A stretch of 64,000 bases of DNA from Minisyncoccota bacterium (GTDB lineage: Bacteria; Patescibacteriota; Minisyncoccia; Phycocordibacterales; UBA5272), in assembly GCA_018063165.1 (NCBI GenBank), contig JAGOQU010000003.1, positions 19,268 through 83,267 of the forward strand, written 5' to 3'. Under the pieces are notes generated by a model that was not told the DNA's origin, did no database searches, and was given only the letters and a program-made list of their open reading frames with translations. Both the position numbers and the translations under genes were made by a program. Shown in pieces: positions 20,480-30,916 of the stretch. Positions within the stretch are counted from its first letter, which is position 1; every line of letters starts with the position of its first letter.

Positions 20480-20496
20480 ATGCAAGTTATTTGCAT
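20480..20496. promoter_or_regulatory. perfect dyad ATGCAA-gttat-TTGCAT in the divergent ZIP / Fur-family intergenic region (candidate metalloregulator operator)
   Basis: Seen directly. 6-5-6 inverted repeat within the 97-bp divergent promoter region. A near-identical dyad recurs at 53290..53306. Confidence 0.5.
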
Positions 20497-20538
20497 TATG
20501 TATAGACGTTTTTTTGATGATATGATACTATAAAATAT

Positions 20539-20967
20539 ATGGCAACATACTCAAAAGAAGATTTAATTCTTATGCTACATGAGGCGGAACTTAGAGTTAC
20601 AGACCATAGGCTATCGGTGCTTATGTATCTTTCAAAAGTAAAACAACCAGTAACTGTTTTTGAAATCATAGACGCACTTCGTAAAAAAGATAATATAGAT
20701 CAAGCTACTGTATATCGAAACCTACTTTCTTTACATGAATCAGGTCTCATACGTAGACTTGATTTTAATCATGGTCATGCTCATTACGAGCTCGAAACAG
20801 GTAGAGTTTCATATACTCTTGTTTGTAGCAAATGTGAAACAATAGAAAAAATAGAAGGGGTGTCTGTTGAGGATACTCTTAAAAAGATTTTAAAGAGAAG
20901 TAAAAAATTTAAAAATACCATCGTGCAATCTTTTGAAATATATGGAGCGTGTAAATCGTGTTCATAA
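20539..20967 (+). CDS. Fur-family transcriptional regulator (Zur/Fur-like)
   Basis: wHTH region VTDHRLSVLMYL...ATVYRNL, HxH plus two CxxC pairs (CSKC...CKSC). Divergent from the ZIP transporter. Confidence 0.8.
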   Translation: MATYSKEDLILMLHEAELRVTDHRLSVLMYLSKVKQPVTVFEIIDALRKKDNIDQATVYRNLLSLHESGLIRRLDFNHGHAHYELETGRVSYTLVCSKCETIEKIEGVSVEDTLKKILKRSKKFKNTIVQSFEIYGACKSCS

Positions 20968-20987
20968 TTTTTTATACATAGATATAT

Positions 20988-21446
20988 ATGATACGTATTA
21001 ATATGAAAGCACCAGAATTTTCATTGCCTGATCAGGAGGGTGTTGTTAGATCTCTTTCTGAGTATCGTGGTAAAAAAATAGTACTATATTTTTACCCTAA
21101 AGATAATACACCGGGATGTACTACAGAAGCGTGCTCTTTTAGAGATGTGTATGAAACTTTGCAAAAAGCTGGAGTAATTATTTTAGGTATAAGCAAGGAT
21201 TCTGTTAAGAGTCATGCAAAATTTGCACAAGCGTATACCTTACCATTTCCTATTCTCTCTGATGTGGATACATCTGTGTGTCAAAAATATGGAGTATGGA
21301 GACTTAAAAAATTTATGGGAAAAGAATATATGGGAATTGCAAGAATAAGTTTTTTAATTGATGAAGAGGGGAAGATTATTAAAATATACGAAACTGTAAA
21401 GCCAGACACTCACACTCAAGATGTTTTAAAAGATGTTGTGAAATAA
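20988..21446 (+). CDS. bcp: peroxiredoxin Bcp (PrxQ-type thiol peroxidase)
   Basis: FYPKDNTPGCTTEACSFRD peroxidatic/resolving Cys motif. 152 aa. Confidence 0.9.
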   Translation: MIRINMKAPEFSLPDQEGVVRSLSEYRGKKIVLYFYPKDNTPGCTTEACSFRDVYETLQKAGVIILGISKDSVKSHAKFAQAYTLPFPILSDVDTSVCQKYGVWRLKKFMGKEYMGIARISFLIDEEGKIIKIYETVKPDTHTQDVLKDVVK

Positions 21447-21508
21447 AAAAGTAGCCATGTAAACATGACTACTTCTGATAAAAGTGATAATTAGATATCT
21501 TTACAGGA

Positions 21509-21895
21509 TTACTGAATGTTTCTGAAAGGAAGAATTTTTTCGAGTTCTGGGTATATGTTGGCACTGAGTAAATTTTCTTCCGGAATAAGAATAAAACTTG
21601 CTCGTTCAAGATGAGGACTTTTCATAGCACTCTCAATAGTAGGTAGAGCAATAATTCTTAGCTTATTTATTTCTATTTCTTTTTTGTACAACTTTTGACA
21701 CTCCTCCGCTAATGTAAAAATACTATCAATACCATCGAAAGGATCTTTTGAAATAACAATAATAGTTACAATGTCTTGTGATTTGCGATGTATACCAAGC
21801 CTTTGAAATAATTGCTCTTGTATTTCTATACTTAATTTTTGTATAGTTACTAGTGCTGTAAGATATTTTTCATTAGAAAAAATATAATGTGCCAC
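21509..21895 (-). CDS. hypothetical protein
   Basis: 128 aa ORF between two terminator hairpins. No motif recognised. Confidence 0.4.
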   Translation of the reverse strand: MAHYIFSNEKYLTALVTIQKLSIEIQEQLFQRLGIHRKSQDIVTIIVISKDPFDGIDSIFTLAEECQKLYKKEIEINKLRIIALPTIESAMKSPHLERASFILIPEENLLSANIYPELEKILPFRNIQ

Positions 21896-21992
21896 AGTAT
21901 CTCCTTGTAGAAAGTCTTATATTATTATACAACTTTTTATAAAAAAGTAAAGGCGAAAGCTTAATGCTTTCGCCTTGAACACTAAAAAATAG

Positions 21993-22406
21993 CTAAAGTG
22001 TTTTAATTCCGTTTGTTTTTATAAACATAACATCAGGTGGTCCAAAAAGTCCTTCATATTCTTTCTTCTGACTAAAAGGAGCTGGTGCTTTAGATGTGAA
22101 CCATTGTTCAAATTTTTTACGGTCAGTTATTGTTTCTGTACGGTAGGTGACCCCTTTAACAGTAAAAGCTATCCAGGCTGTATTGATATATACGCTTTCA
22201 ACTTCTCCGTTAAGTATTCTATGAGGATCGCTCTTTGTTGCAAGAAGAATAGTAACACCATCAGGTTTTTCTAGTGCTTGTTTTAAAAAAAACTTAAGTA
22301 TTTCACTCATGTTGGTTGATGTGGGAGTTGTGCTGAGTGATAACGTACACGCTTCCATGATTACCTCTTTCATGTTGTAAAATCTAACAAATATGAATCT
22401 GTGCAA
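21993..22406 (-). CDS. hypothetical protein (start uncertain; may begin at an internal Met near 22373)
   Basis: 137 aa ORF flanked by hairpin terminators. Confidence 0.4.
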   Translation of the reverse strand: MHRFIFVRFYNMKEVIMEACTLSLSTTPTSTNMSEILKFFLKQALEKPDGVTILLATKSDPHRILNGEVESVYINTAWIAFTVKGVTYRTETITDRKKFEQWFTSKAPAPFSQKKEYEGLFGPPDVMFIKTNGIKTL

Positions 22407-22483
22407 TGTATAAGGAAACTTTTATTATAAAGAGCTTACAGAAATATACTACACTGATTTTTGATATATGTAAAGGGTATAGA

Positions 22484-22516
22484 AAAAGGGCGACACCTTA
22501 CGGTGTCGCCCTTTAG
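22484..22516. terminator. bidirectional hairpin terminator
   Basis: aaaaagggcgacacc-ttac-ggtgtcgcccttt. Confidence 0.65.
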
Positions 22517-22534
22517 TATTGTAAAACGATGTAT

Positions 22535-23416
22535 TTATTTTGCACCTAACGCTTCATCGATAACTGCTTTAAAGAATTCTTCTGGTCGTGCGCCGTCAAC
22601 CATGGACACCACATCATACCCTTTTTTTGTTTTAAGAAGAACAAATGTAGCAGGTGTTCCTTGTACACCAGCTCTAACTCCTTCATCAATAGAATTAGTA
22701 ACCTCTTGCTCTGTTTGCTTTTCTTTCATGCATGTAGCAAAAGCTGTCTGGTCTAGACCTATGGTACGAGCGAAGTCTTCTTTACCTGTTGAAGGAAGTG
22801 TAGCTGATTGCTTACTCATTTTGTAATCATAGAGAGCATTTATGTATTCATAGTATTTAGAAGATCCACCGATTTTTCCAGCACAAGCAATTGCTCGTGA
22901 TTCATCAAAAGCATTTTTGTGTATTTGTGTGAGTGGAAAATGTCTATACACAAAACCGACTTTATCACCGTAGTCTGCTTGTAATTTTTTAAGTGTTGGT
23001 GATAATTGAATACAATAAGGACATTCTGGGTCAGAATATTCAACAACCATCACCTTACTATTTTGTTTTCCTGTTATATAGTCAGAACTATCAATTGTTT
23101 TACCAGCGAAAGCTTTACGTACAACAGCTGGCTGTGCGTTGCTTGTAATAAAACCGTATCCCATGAGACCTCCAGCGATAATCATAGAAGCAATGATTAT
23201 TGCAAGTGGCGTACTTAATGTAAAACCTTTACTGCGATGAGATGGGTACGCATGAGCTTCATGTCTAGAAGCATCAATTGATTCATGGGTGATAGCACCT
23301 TCCTCTTGATAATGTTCCGTAACAGTGTGATTACTGTGACCATGTGGTGTAATATGTTCTTTCATAAAAATTGTTATTATAATGTTTTTTTTGTATATTG
23401 GTTTATACTGTACCAA
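22535..23416 (-). CDS. DsbA-family thiol:disulfide oxidoreductase, membrane-anchored, with His-rich N-terminal region
   Basis: SDPECPYC thioredoxin-fold CxxC motif, an N-terminal TM helix, and multiple His in the first 60 aa. Confidence 0.8.
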   Translation of the reverse strand: MVQYKPIYKKNIIITIFMKEHITPHGHSNHTVTEHYQEEGAITHESIDASRHEAHAYPSHRSKGFTLSTPLAIIIASMIIAGGLMGYGFITSNAQPAVVRKAFAGKTIDSSDYITGKQNSKVMVVEYSDPECPYCIQLSPTLKKLQADYGDKVGFVYRHFPLTQIHKNAFDESRAIACAGKIGGSSKYYEYINALYDYKMSKQSATLPSTGKEDFARTIGLDQTAFATCMKEKQTEQEVTNSIDEGVRAGVQGTPATFVLLKTKKGYDVVSMVDGARPEEFFKAVIDEALGAK

Positions 23417-23427
23417 ACAAGTATATC

Positions 23428-23994
23428 ATGAAAATTTTTCACGCAATGACGCCAAGAGTACTTAAGAAAATAGCGCTTGCTGGAATTTTTGAGTTTGGTC
23501 CTGTGCTAATCTTTCTTATAGCTTTTGAACTGTTTCATATATATAAAGCTACCATTGTGCTTATGATAGCAACAATAATATCAACTATTGTTACCTATCG
23601 AATGCAAAAACGTTTACCATACGTAGCTTTGTATATTGCACTTCTTACAGGTATCTTTGGATATATTACTGTAACAAAACATGAGCCAAAATTTATTCAA
23701 ATGAGAGACACACTTTATGATGCTACTCTTGCATTAACTCTTATAGTTGGTTTATTGTTTAATATACAATTTCTTAAAATAGCTTTTCATTCAATCATTC
23801 CTATGACAGATAGGGCATGGAAACGTCTTACATATTTTTGGATATCTTTTTTCTTTTTAATTGCCACGGCTAATGAATATGTAAGAAGGTTCATGTCACT
23901 TAGAGATTGGTTTGATTTTAAAAGTACAATGATTCTTGTGACACTTATTTCTGGTTGTATAGCATTGTATTATGTGTACGAAAAAGAAGACTAA
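23428..23994 (+). CDS. YciB/IspZ-like (intracellular septation protein A family) small inner-membrane protein
   Basis: ~190 aa with 5 TM helices. AWKRLTYFWISFFFLIATANEYV resembles the YciB conserved core. The ORF could start at 23398. Confidence 0.45.
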   Translation: MKIFHAMTPRVLKKIALAGIFEFGPVLIFLIAFELFHIYKATIVLMIATIISTIVTYRMQKRLPYVALYIALLTGIFGYITVTKHEPKFIQMRDTLYDATLALTLIVGLLFNIQFLKIAFHSIIPMTDRAWKRLTYFWISFFFLIATANEYVRRFMSLRDWFDFKSTMILVTLISGCIALYYVYEKED

Positions 23995-24045
23995 TTCTAT
24001 ACAGGTATTCTTATTTTAGATGTCTGTGATATACTGTCTTTTATT

Positions 24046-24879
24046 ATGCATGAAGAAACAAGCGTAGCACATGAAGGGTCAATACTTCATGTATACGAAG
24101 AAATCCCTACCATACAATCACCAATTATTGGTGATATTGGTCTTTTTACTATAGCAACATCAACAATTACTGTGATGTTTATAACTTTACTTTTTGTTTT
24201 TTTAGCTATTAAAGTTTCTAAATCAAAACGTATTCCTGGAAAGTTTCAACATCTTATGGAAATGTTTTATGAGGTGGTAACTTCTTTTATTACCTCAATT
24301 GTTGGTACCAAAGAAAAAGCAAAAGTCATTGTTCCGTATGTTGGAGCTATTCTTACGTATCTTCTTGTTGCAAATCTTTTGCCTATGTTTCCTGGAGTAA
24401 GTGGTTTATATGTTGTGATAAATGGGGAACATGTACCGCTTCTTCGTGGTGCTACTACAGATTTTAATACAACGTTTGGTCTAGCTCTTGCTGTTGTTGT
24501 AACTATGCAAATTGTTGGCATGAAAGAACAAGGTGTTTTTGGTTATCTTTCACATTTTATTCAAATTAAACAAGTTATTAAAGGGTTCAAAAAAAGTTTA
24601 GGCGAGGGAGCTGTTTCAATTGTTGGTTTTCTTGTTGGCCTTATTGAAATTATTGGTGAATTAGCTAAGATACTTTCCCTCTCACTTCGTCTTTTTGGAA
24701 ATATGTTTGCTCATGAAGTTCTTACAGTTATTTTGCTTGGTGCGTTTTCTATAGCCGTTCCAGCTATATGGATGGGGATGGGTTTTCTCGTTGGTGTTGT
24801 TCAGTCAGTTGTTTTTGTTGCTCTTACAACGGTGTACTATTCTTTGGTACTCAAAAAAGAAGGTAAAGACGCACACTAA
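24046..24879 (+). CDS. atpB: F0F1 ATP synthase subunit a
   Basis: LSLRLFGNMFAHE motif with the essential Arg. Polytopic, 277 aa. Confidence 0.9.
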   Translation: MHEETSVAHEGSILHVYEEIPTIQSPIIGDIGLFTIATSTITVMFITLLFVFLAIKVSKSKRIPGKFQHLMEMFYEVVTSFITSIVGTKEKAKVIVPYVGAILTYLLVANLLPMFPGVSGLYVVINGEHVPLLRGATTDFNTTFGLALAVVVTMQIVGMKEQGVFGYLSHFIQIKQVIKGFKKSLGEGAVSIVGFLVGLIEIIGELAKILSLSLRLFGNMFAHEVLTVILLGAFSIAVPAIWMGMGFLVGVVQSVVFVALTTVYYSLVLKKEGKDAH

Positions 24880-24916
24880 AATTTGTTACAAGGCTGTGGG
24901 GAAATGGTGATAAATA

Positions 24917-24951
24917 TTGACTTTTGCTCAATTATATTGTATACTATATTA
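24917..24951 (+). promoter_or_regulatory. sigma70-like promoter (TTGACT-17-TATACT) upstream of the small ORF
   Basis: Seen directly: ttgact tttgctcaattatattg tatact. Confidence 0.45.
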
Positions 24952-24981
24952 AGTATAGTTATTGTTTGAAAGGTGTTTATT

Positions 24982-25098
24982 ATGAGAAAGAATTATATCG
25001 TTGAAGGTGGAATGTTGATATATTTCGTTGTAATTTCTCCATTATTTTTAGTTCTTGCATTGTGTGGATGCTGTGCGTATCTCCACTCATACTCTTAA
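24982..25098 (+). CDS. 38-aa hydrophobic Cys-rich peptide (MRKNYIVEGGMLIYFVVISPLFLVLALCGCCAYLHSYS) inside the atp locus
   Basis: Own promoter, and an SD-like aaaggtg 7 nt upstream. A single TM helix followed by CGCC. Too short for the ORF track. Confidence 0.3.
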   Translation: MRKNYIVEGGMLIYFVVISPLFLVLALCGCCAYLHSYS

Positions 25099-25177
25099 AA
25101 CATCTCTATCACGCATACTCTTTTAGAGATTATGTGCATAGTTTTAGTTTTAGAACTAAATAATCTTTTTTTGTTTA

Positions 25178-25204
25178 AAAACAGCTCAAAAGAGCTGTTT
25201 TTGT
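25178..25204. terminator. bidirectional hairpin terminator
   Basis: aaacagctc-aaaa-gagctgtttttgtttt. Confidence 0.6.
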
Positions 25205-25205
25205 T

Positions 25206-25748
25206 TTAGTTTTTGACGGTGATTGATGCTAGTAGGAATAGAAGCATTATTGCTATTTGTAAGAGTAATCCATGTGTATGATGTATTTGTATGCTTCGTG
25301 CGTGTATCCATTTGTGGAATTTTTGTAAAGGTAGTAGAAAACGTGACCTTGTTTTCCAATAGACAAATTGAAGTGGGTCAGGAAGTATTCCTCCTAGAAT
25401 TGTTGCACATACAAGAGGAATCGAATGAATGTCTAATATATAGAATGCTAATGTAAAAGAAATAATAGCACCTATGAGTGCATCTATTCCAATACGAGTA
25501 AGATCAAAAAGAAATTTTTTACCAATGACCATGTCATGATTTAATTTTCCTTCAGGGTCTTTTTTAAACGATAGAAGACTATAGTCCCAGTGAGGAATTG
25601 AGTCAAGCATAAAATGGCTTCCAAAAGCTATTGTAAAAGCTATATAAGGGTTTGATGTAAGAGTTGTTGCGACTATTGTGCCAACAACTGCGTGTGTAGC
25701 AAGTATCATATGTACATAGTAACACATATAAAGTAGATTTTTATACAC
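25206..25748 (-). CDS. YdjM-like membrane-bound metal-dependent hydrolase family protein (DUF457-like), antisense to the atp operon
   Basis: N-terminal ATHAVVG (HxxxG), multiple TM helices, LPDPLQ, several conserved His. Confidence 0.35.
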   Translation of the reverse strand: MYKNLLYMCYYVHMILATHAVVGTIVATTLTSNPYIAFTIAFGSHFMLDSIPHWDYSLLSFKKDPEGKLNHDMVIGKKFLFDLTRIGIDALIGAIISFTLAFYILDIHSIPLVCATILGGILPDPLQFVYWKTRSRFLLPLQKFHKWIHARSIQIHHTHGLLLQIAIMLLFLLASITVKN

Positions 25749-25831
25749 TGTAATTATGTAGATATTTGTGTTATACTGTGTACAAAGCCGTTGAGGCGAA
25801 TTTTTATTGAATAATATCTAAAAACTATTTT

Positions 25832-26050
25832 ATGACTCCAGAAGCAGCAATTTATATCGCAAAAGGTATGTGTATCCTAGCCATGGTTGGAACAGCTATT
25901 GGCCAAGGGTATCTTATTGGTAAAACAATGGAAGCGATTGGACGTAATCCTGATATCGAAGGTTCTATTTTTTCAAAAATGATTATCGCTGTTGCGATGA
26001 CAGAAACAACAGCTATTTTTGCTCTTGTTGCATTCTTCCTTATAAAATAG
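25832..26050 (+). CDS. atpE: F0F1 ATP synthase subunit c
   Basis: 72-aa hairpin proteolipid with GRNP loop and a carboxylate (E) in helix 2 (AMTETTAIFALV). Confidence 0.9.
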   Translation: MTPEAAIYIAKGMCILAMVGTAIGQGYLIGKTMEAIGRNPDIEGSIFSKMIIAVAMTETTAIFALVAFFLIK

Positions 26051-26134
26051 CTTATAGACGTTGGTTTATAGTTGTTTAGCTTTTGTATTTTGCTGATAGC
26101 TATACACTGACATCTATTAGCTTGCTTATTATTT

Positions 26135-26632
26135 ATGCAAGAAATTTTAAACATTCTCGGTTCTGTAGGTTTTAATTGGCATGTAGCGCTTGCTAACTTT
26201 GTCAATTTTCTTATTATCTTATTTTTATTAAATAAGTTCTTTTTTGGAAAAATTGGAAAAGCTATCGAAGACCGACAAGCGGTAATTGAGCGTGGCCTTT
26301 CTCAAGCATCTGAAGCAGAAAGAGCTCTTTCTCACGCAGAACAAGAAAAAGAAAATATAATTAATAAAGCTCATAAAGATGGTCATGATATTATCGTCAA
26401 AGCTGAAGCTCATGCAATAGAACGAGCAGAAGGTATTTTTAGGGATGCAGAGGAAGAGGCACAGATACGTCTTGGTAAACTTGCTGAAAAAGAAAGAAAG
26501 GTTGAAGCAAAAATGGCTAAAGATTGGGAAGAGCGTGCGCCAGCACTAGTCGCAAAGCTTTATGCTAAGACACTTTCAAAAGAAATGAATGAAGCAGATA
26601 ATAATGCAATGATCGCTCGTATGAGTGTATAG
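26135..26632 (+). CDS. atpF: F0F1 ATP synthase subunit b
   Basis: Single N-terminal TM then a long charged A/E/K/R helix. Operon position. Confidence 0.75.
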   Translation: MQEILNILGSVGFNWHVALANFVNFLIILFLLNKFFFGKIGKAIEDRQAVIERGLSQASEAERALSHAEQEKENIINKAHKDGHDIIVKAEAHAIERAEGIFRDAEEEAQIRLGKLAEKERKVEAKMAKDWEERAPALVAKLYAKTLSKEMNEADNNAMIARMSV

Positions 26633-26655
26633 ATATTATTTTAAGATTATTTATC

Positions 26656-27003
26656 ATGACACTTTCACGTAAAATCGCAACACTACTTTTAGAGAAAAAT
26701 GTTTCTGTGGATGATGTTGTAAAAACTCTCACCACGTACAACCTTTTAGGGCTTATTCCTGCAATTAAAGAAAGTGTTATAGAAATGTCAGCGCATACAA
26801 AATCTGAAAATACTCTTGCTATTGAATCACCATTTCCGTTGTCTGATGAAATAATTGCTCACATAAAAAAGATAACAAAAAGTAATGATGTAACGCATGA
26901 GATTACAATTAATAAACATATTTTGGCTGGGTTTAAAGCAAGATATAAAGGTATATTATATGACGGAAGTGCAGAAAGAATTATTAGACAACTTATTAAA
27001 TAA
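26656..27003 (+). CDS. atpH: F0F1 ATP synthase subunit delta (OSCP), truncated to the C-terminal domain (115 aa)
   Basis: C-terminal AGFKARYKGILYDGSAERIIRQL matches the OSCP C-terminus. Operon position between atpF and atpA. Confidence 0.6.
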   Translation: MTLSRKIATLLLEKNVSVDDVVKTLTTYNLLGLIPAIKESVIEMSAHTKSENTLAIESPFPLSDEIIAHIKKITKSNDVTHEITINKHILAGFKARYKGILYDGSAERIIRQLIK

Positions 27004-27019
27004 CTAACAACAAAACACC

Positions 27020-28519
27020 ATGGCAGTAGAAAAAATCATCAAAGAATTAGAACAGAAGATACAAGATATTTCAACACAGGTTGAAATAAGTGAAATCGGT
27101 AATGTTATCTCTGTAAGTGATGGTATTGCTCGTGTGAGTGGTCTACTTTCTTGTGCTTCGATGGAGGAAGTTACTTTTGCTTCAGGTGCAAAAGGTATAG
27201 CACTTAACCTTGAATCTGACTTAGTTGGTATAGTTATTGTAAGTGGTGCTGACCTTGTTCGCGAAGGAGAGGAGGTGTCTCGCACAGGAAGAGTACTTTC
27301 TATTCCTGTAGGGGAATCGTTGCTAGGTCGTGTTGTTGATCCGCTTATGAATCCTCTTGATGGTGAAAAAATAAGTGGACTTACAGATACAGAACTCGTG
27401 GAAAAGATTGCTCCAGGTGTTATGGATCGTGAACCTGTAAATCAGCCAATGCAAACAGGTGTTAAGTCTATTGATGCCATGATTCCTGTTGGACGTGGAC
27501 AGCGTGAGCTTATTATCGGTGACCGACAAACAGGCAAAACAACAATCGCAATTGATACTATTATTAATCAAAAAGATTCTGGAGTTATTTGTGTATATGT
27601 TGCGATTGGTCAAAAAGAATCAAAAATTGCGCAAATTGTAAATAAATTACGTGATTCAGGTGCCATGGAGTATACCGTAGTTGTGCTTGCTGGAGCATCA
27701 CATTCTGCAGCGCTTTCATATTTAGCACCATATGCAGGTACTGCTGTTGCTGAGTATTTTATGAATAAAAGAAAAGATGTTCTTGTTGTATATGATGATC
27801 TTTCAAAACATGCTGTGGCATATCGTGAAATGTCACTTCTTCTTAAGCGTCCACCTGGACGTGAAGCGTATCCTGGAGATGTGTTTTACTTACACTCCCG
27901 TCTTCTTGAAAGATCATGTCGTCGTAATGTAAAAGCGGGAGGGGGGTCTATTACAGCGCTTCCAATTATCGAAACACAAGCAGGTGACGTATCTGCATAT
28001 ATTCCTACAAACGTTATTTCTATTACCGATGGTCAGATTTTTCTTGATGCCAATCTGTTTTATAAAGGTATGAGACCTGCTATTGATGTTGGGCTTTCTG
28101 TGTCACGTGTAGGTTCTTCTGCTCAAATAAAATCAATGAAGAAAAATGCCGGAAAAATGAAACTAGCTATGGCTCAATATCGTGAACTTGAATCATTTGC
28201 TCAATTTGATTCTGATCTTGATGTTGATACTAAAAGAACTATAGAAAGAGGAAAGCGTACAGCTGAAATGTTAAAACAGATAAACGGTAACCCGCTTCGT
28301 ACAGGACTTCAAGTTTCTTCTGTGTATGCTGTAAATAATGGTTTCCTTGATCATACTCCTGTGATGGATGTATTTGCTTGGGAAAAAGCAATGCATACTT
28401 ATATGGAATCAAGAGAAAAAGAGTTGCTTATTTCTATTGAAAAAGATTGGTCAGATGATATAGAAAAAAATCTTAAAGAAGCTCTTACTACATTTAGTAA
28501 ACTTCACAAAGAAGCTTAG
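27020..28519 (+). CDS. atpA: F0F1 ATP synthase subunit alpha
   Basis: Walker A GDRQTGKTTIAIDTI, and full-length alpha conservation. 499 aa. Confidence 0.95.
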   Translation: MAVEKIIKELEQKIQDISTQVEISEIGNVISVSDGIARVSGLLSCASMEEVTFASGAKGIALNLESDLVGIVIVSGADLVREGEEVSRTGRVLSIPVGESLLGRVVDPLMNPLDGEKISGLTDTELVEKIAPGVMDREPVNQPMQTGVKSIDAMIPVGRGQRELIIGDRQTGKTTIAIDTIINQKDSGVICVYVAIGQKESKIAQIVNKLRDSGAMEYTVVVLAGASHSAALSYLAPYAGTAVAEYFMNKRKDVLVVYDDLSKHAVAYREMSLLLKRPPGREAYPGDVFYLHSRLLERSCRRNVKAGGGSITALPIIETQAGDVSAYIPTNVISITDGQIFLDANLFYKGMRPAIDVGLSVSRVGSSAQIKSMKKNAGKMKLAMAQYRELESFAQFDSDLDVDTKRTIERGKRTAEMLKQINGNPLRTGLQVSSVYAVNNGFLDHTPVMDVFAWEKAMHTYMESREKELLISIEKDWSDDIEKNLKEALTTFSKLHKEA

Positions 28520-28553
28520 TCTATACTATACATAGTGTGTAATCTGCAAAAAA

Positions 28554-29402
28554 ATGCAAACAAAAGTAATCAAAGAAAAAATAAAAAGTGTTGGTAGTAT
28601 CAAGAAAATCACTAAAACTATGGAGATGGTTTCTGCTGCTAAAATGAAAAAAGCTATTGATAACGCTCATACACTTAGACCTTTTCACGAAGAAGCAAAA
28701 CATGTTCTAGAAGATATTTCTGTTGATTCAAAATGCCGCCACGAACTTCTTGTGCATAATAATGTAGATGGAGAAGTTGTTATTATTATTGCTTCTAATA
28801 AAGGGCTTTGTGGTAGTTATAATATTAATGTTTATAGAAAATTAATAGAAGCATATACAGAAGAAGAAAGAAAAAATCTTAAAATTATAGCTTTTGGAAA
28901 ATATGCAGAAAAAGTAGCAAAGAAATTACGTGTAGAAACACTAGCTTCTTTTACACATCCTGTGCTTTCATCTGACGATGCACACGCTACTGCCACTATG
29001 GTTATTGATTGGTATAAAGAAAAGAAAATAGGAACGGTTCGTATACTGTATACACATTTTACTTCAGCTACAACATTTACTCCTACTCTTCTTCAACTTA
29101 TTCCGTATGCAAATGACACTAGTACGAATAGTAAAGAAGAATCTCGTTATATTTATGAACCAGATCAGGAGTCTGTGCTTTCAAGTATTGTTCCTATGAT
29201 GCTTCATAATATTATTTATGGTGCGATTCTTGAAAGTTATGCGTCAGAACATTCAGCTCGTATGTTTGCAATGAAGTCAGCAACAGACAATGCAAGTGAG
29301 TTTCAGGACGAACTCAAACTTTTTTATAACAGAGCTCGCCAGGAAAGAGTTACTCAAGAGATTGCAGAAATTACTTCTGGTGCTATGGCTCAGTCAACGT
29401 AA
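28554..29402 (+). CDS. atpG: F0F1 ATP synthase subunit gamma
   Basis: N-terminal IKEKIKSVGSIKKITKTMEMVSAAKM, and C-terminal helix ITQEIAEITSGA. Confidence 0.9.
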   Translation: MQTKVIKEKIKSVGSIKKITKTMEMVSAAKMKKAIDNAHTLRPFHEEAKHVLEDISVDSKCRHELLVHNNVDGEVVIIIASNKGLCGSYNINVYRKLIEAYTEEERKNLKIIAFGKYAEKVAKKLRVETLASFTHPVLSSDDAHATATMVIDWYKEKKIGTVRILYTHFTSATTFTPTLLQLIPYANDTSTNSKEESRYIYEPDQESVLSSIVPMMLHNIIYGAILESYASEHSARMFAMKSATDNASEFQDELKLFYNRARQERVTQEIAEITSGAMAQST

Positions 29403-29457
29403 ATCCAGCAAATATTTAATTATCAACAACTACCAACTACCAACTATCAGCCATTAA

Positions 29458-30867
<1,410 letters not shown>

Positions 30868-30916
30868 TTGAATCTGATTTGTATCAACTAATCTCTAACA
30901 CTCATAACCTACCTCT

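Noticed and set aside
25100-25180. Repetitive agttttagttttagaact sequence after the 38-aa peptide ORF
   Set aside because: It is a short imperfect direct repeat of low complexity. It is not a CRISPR repeat, since there is no array or spacers, and not a convincing palindrome.
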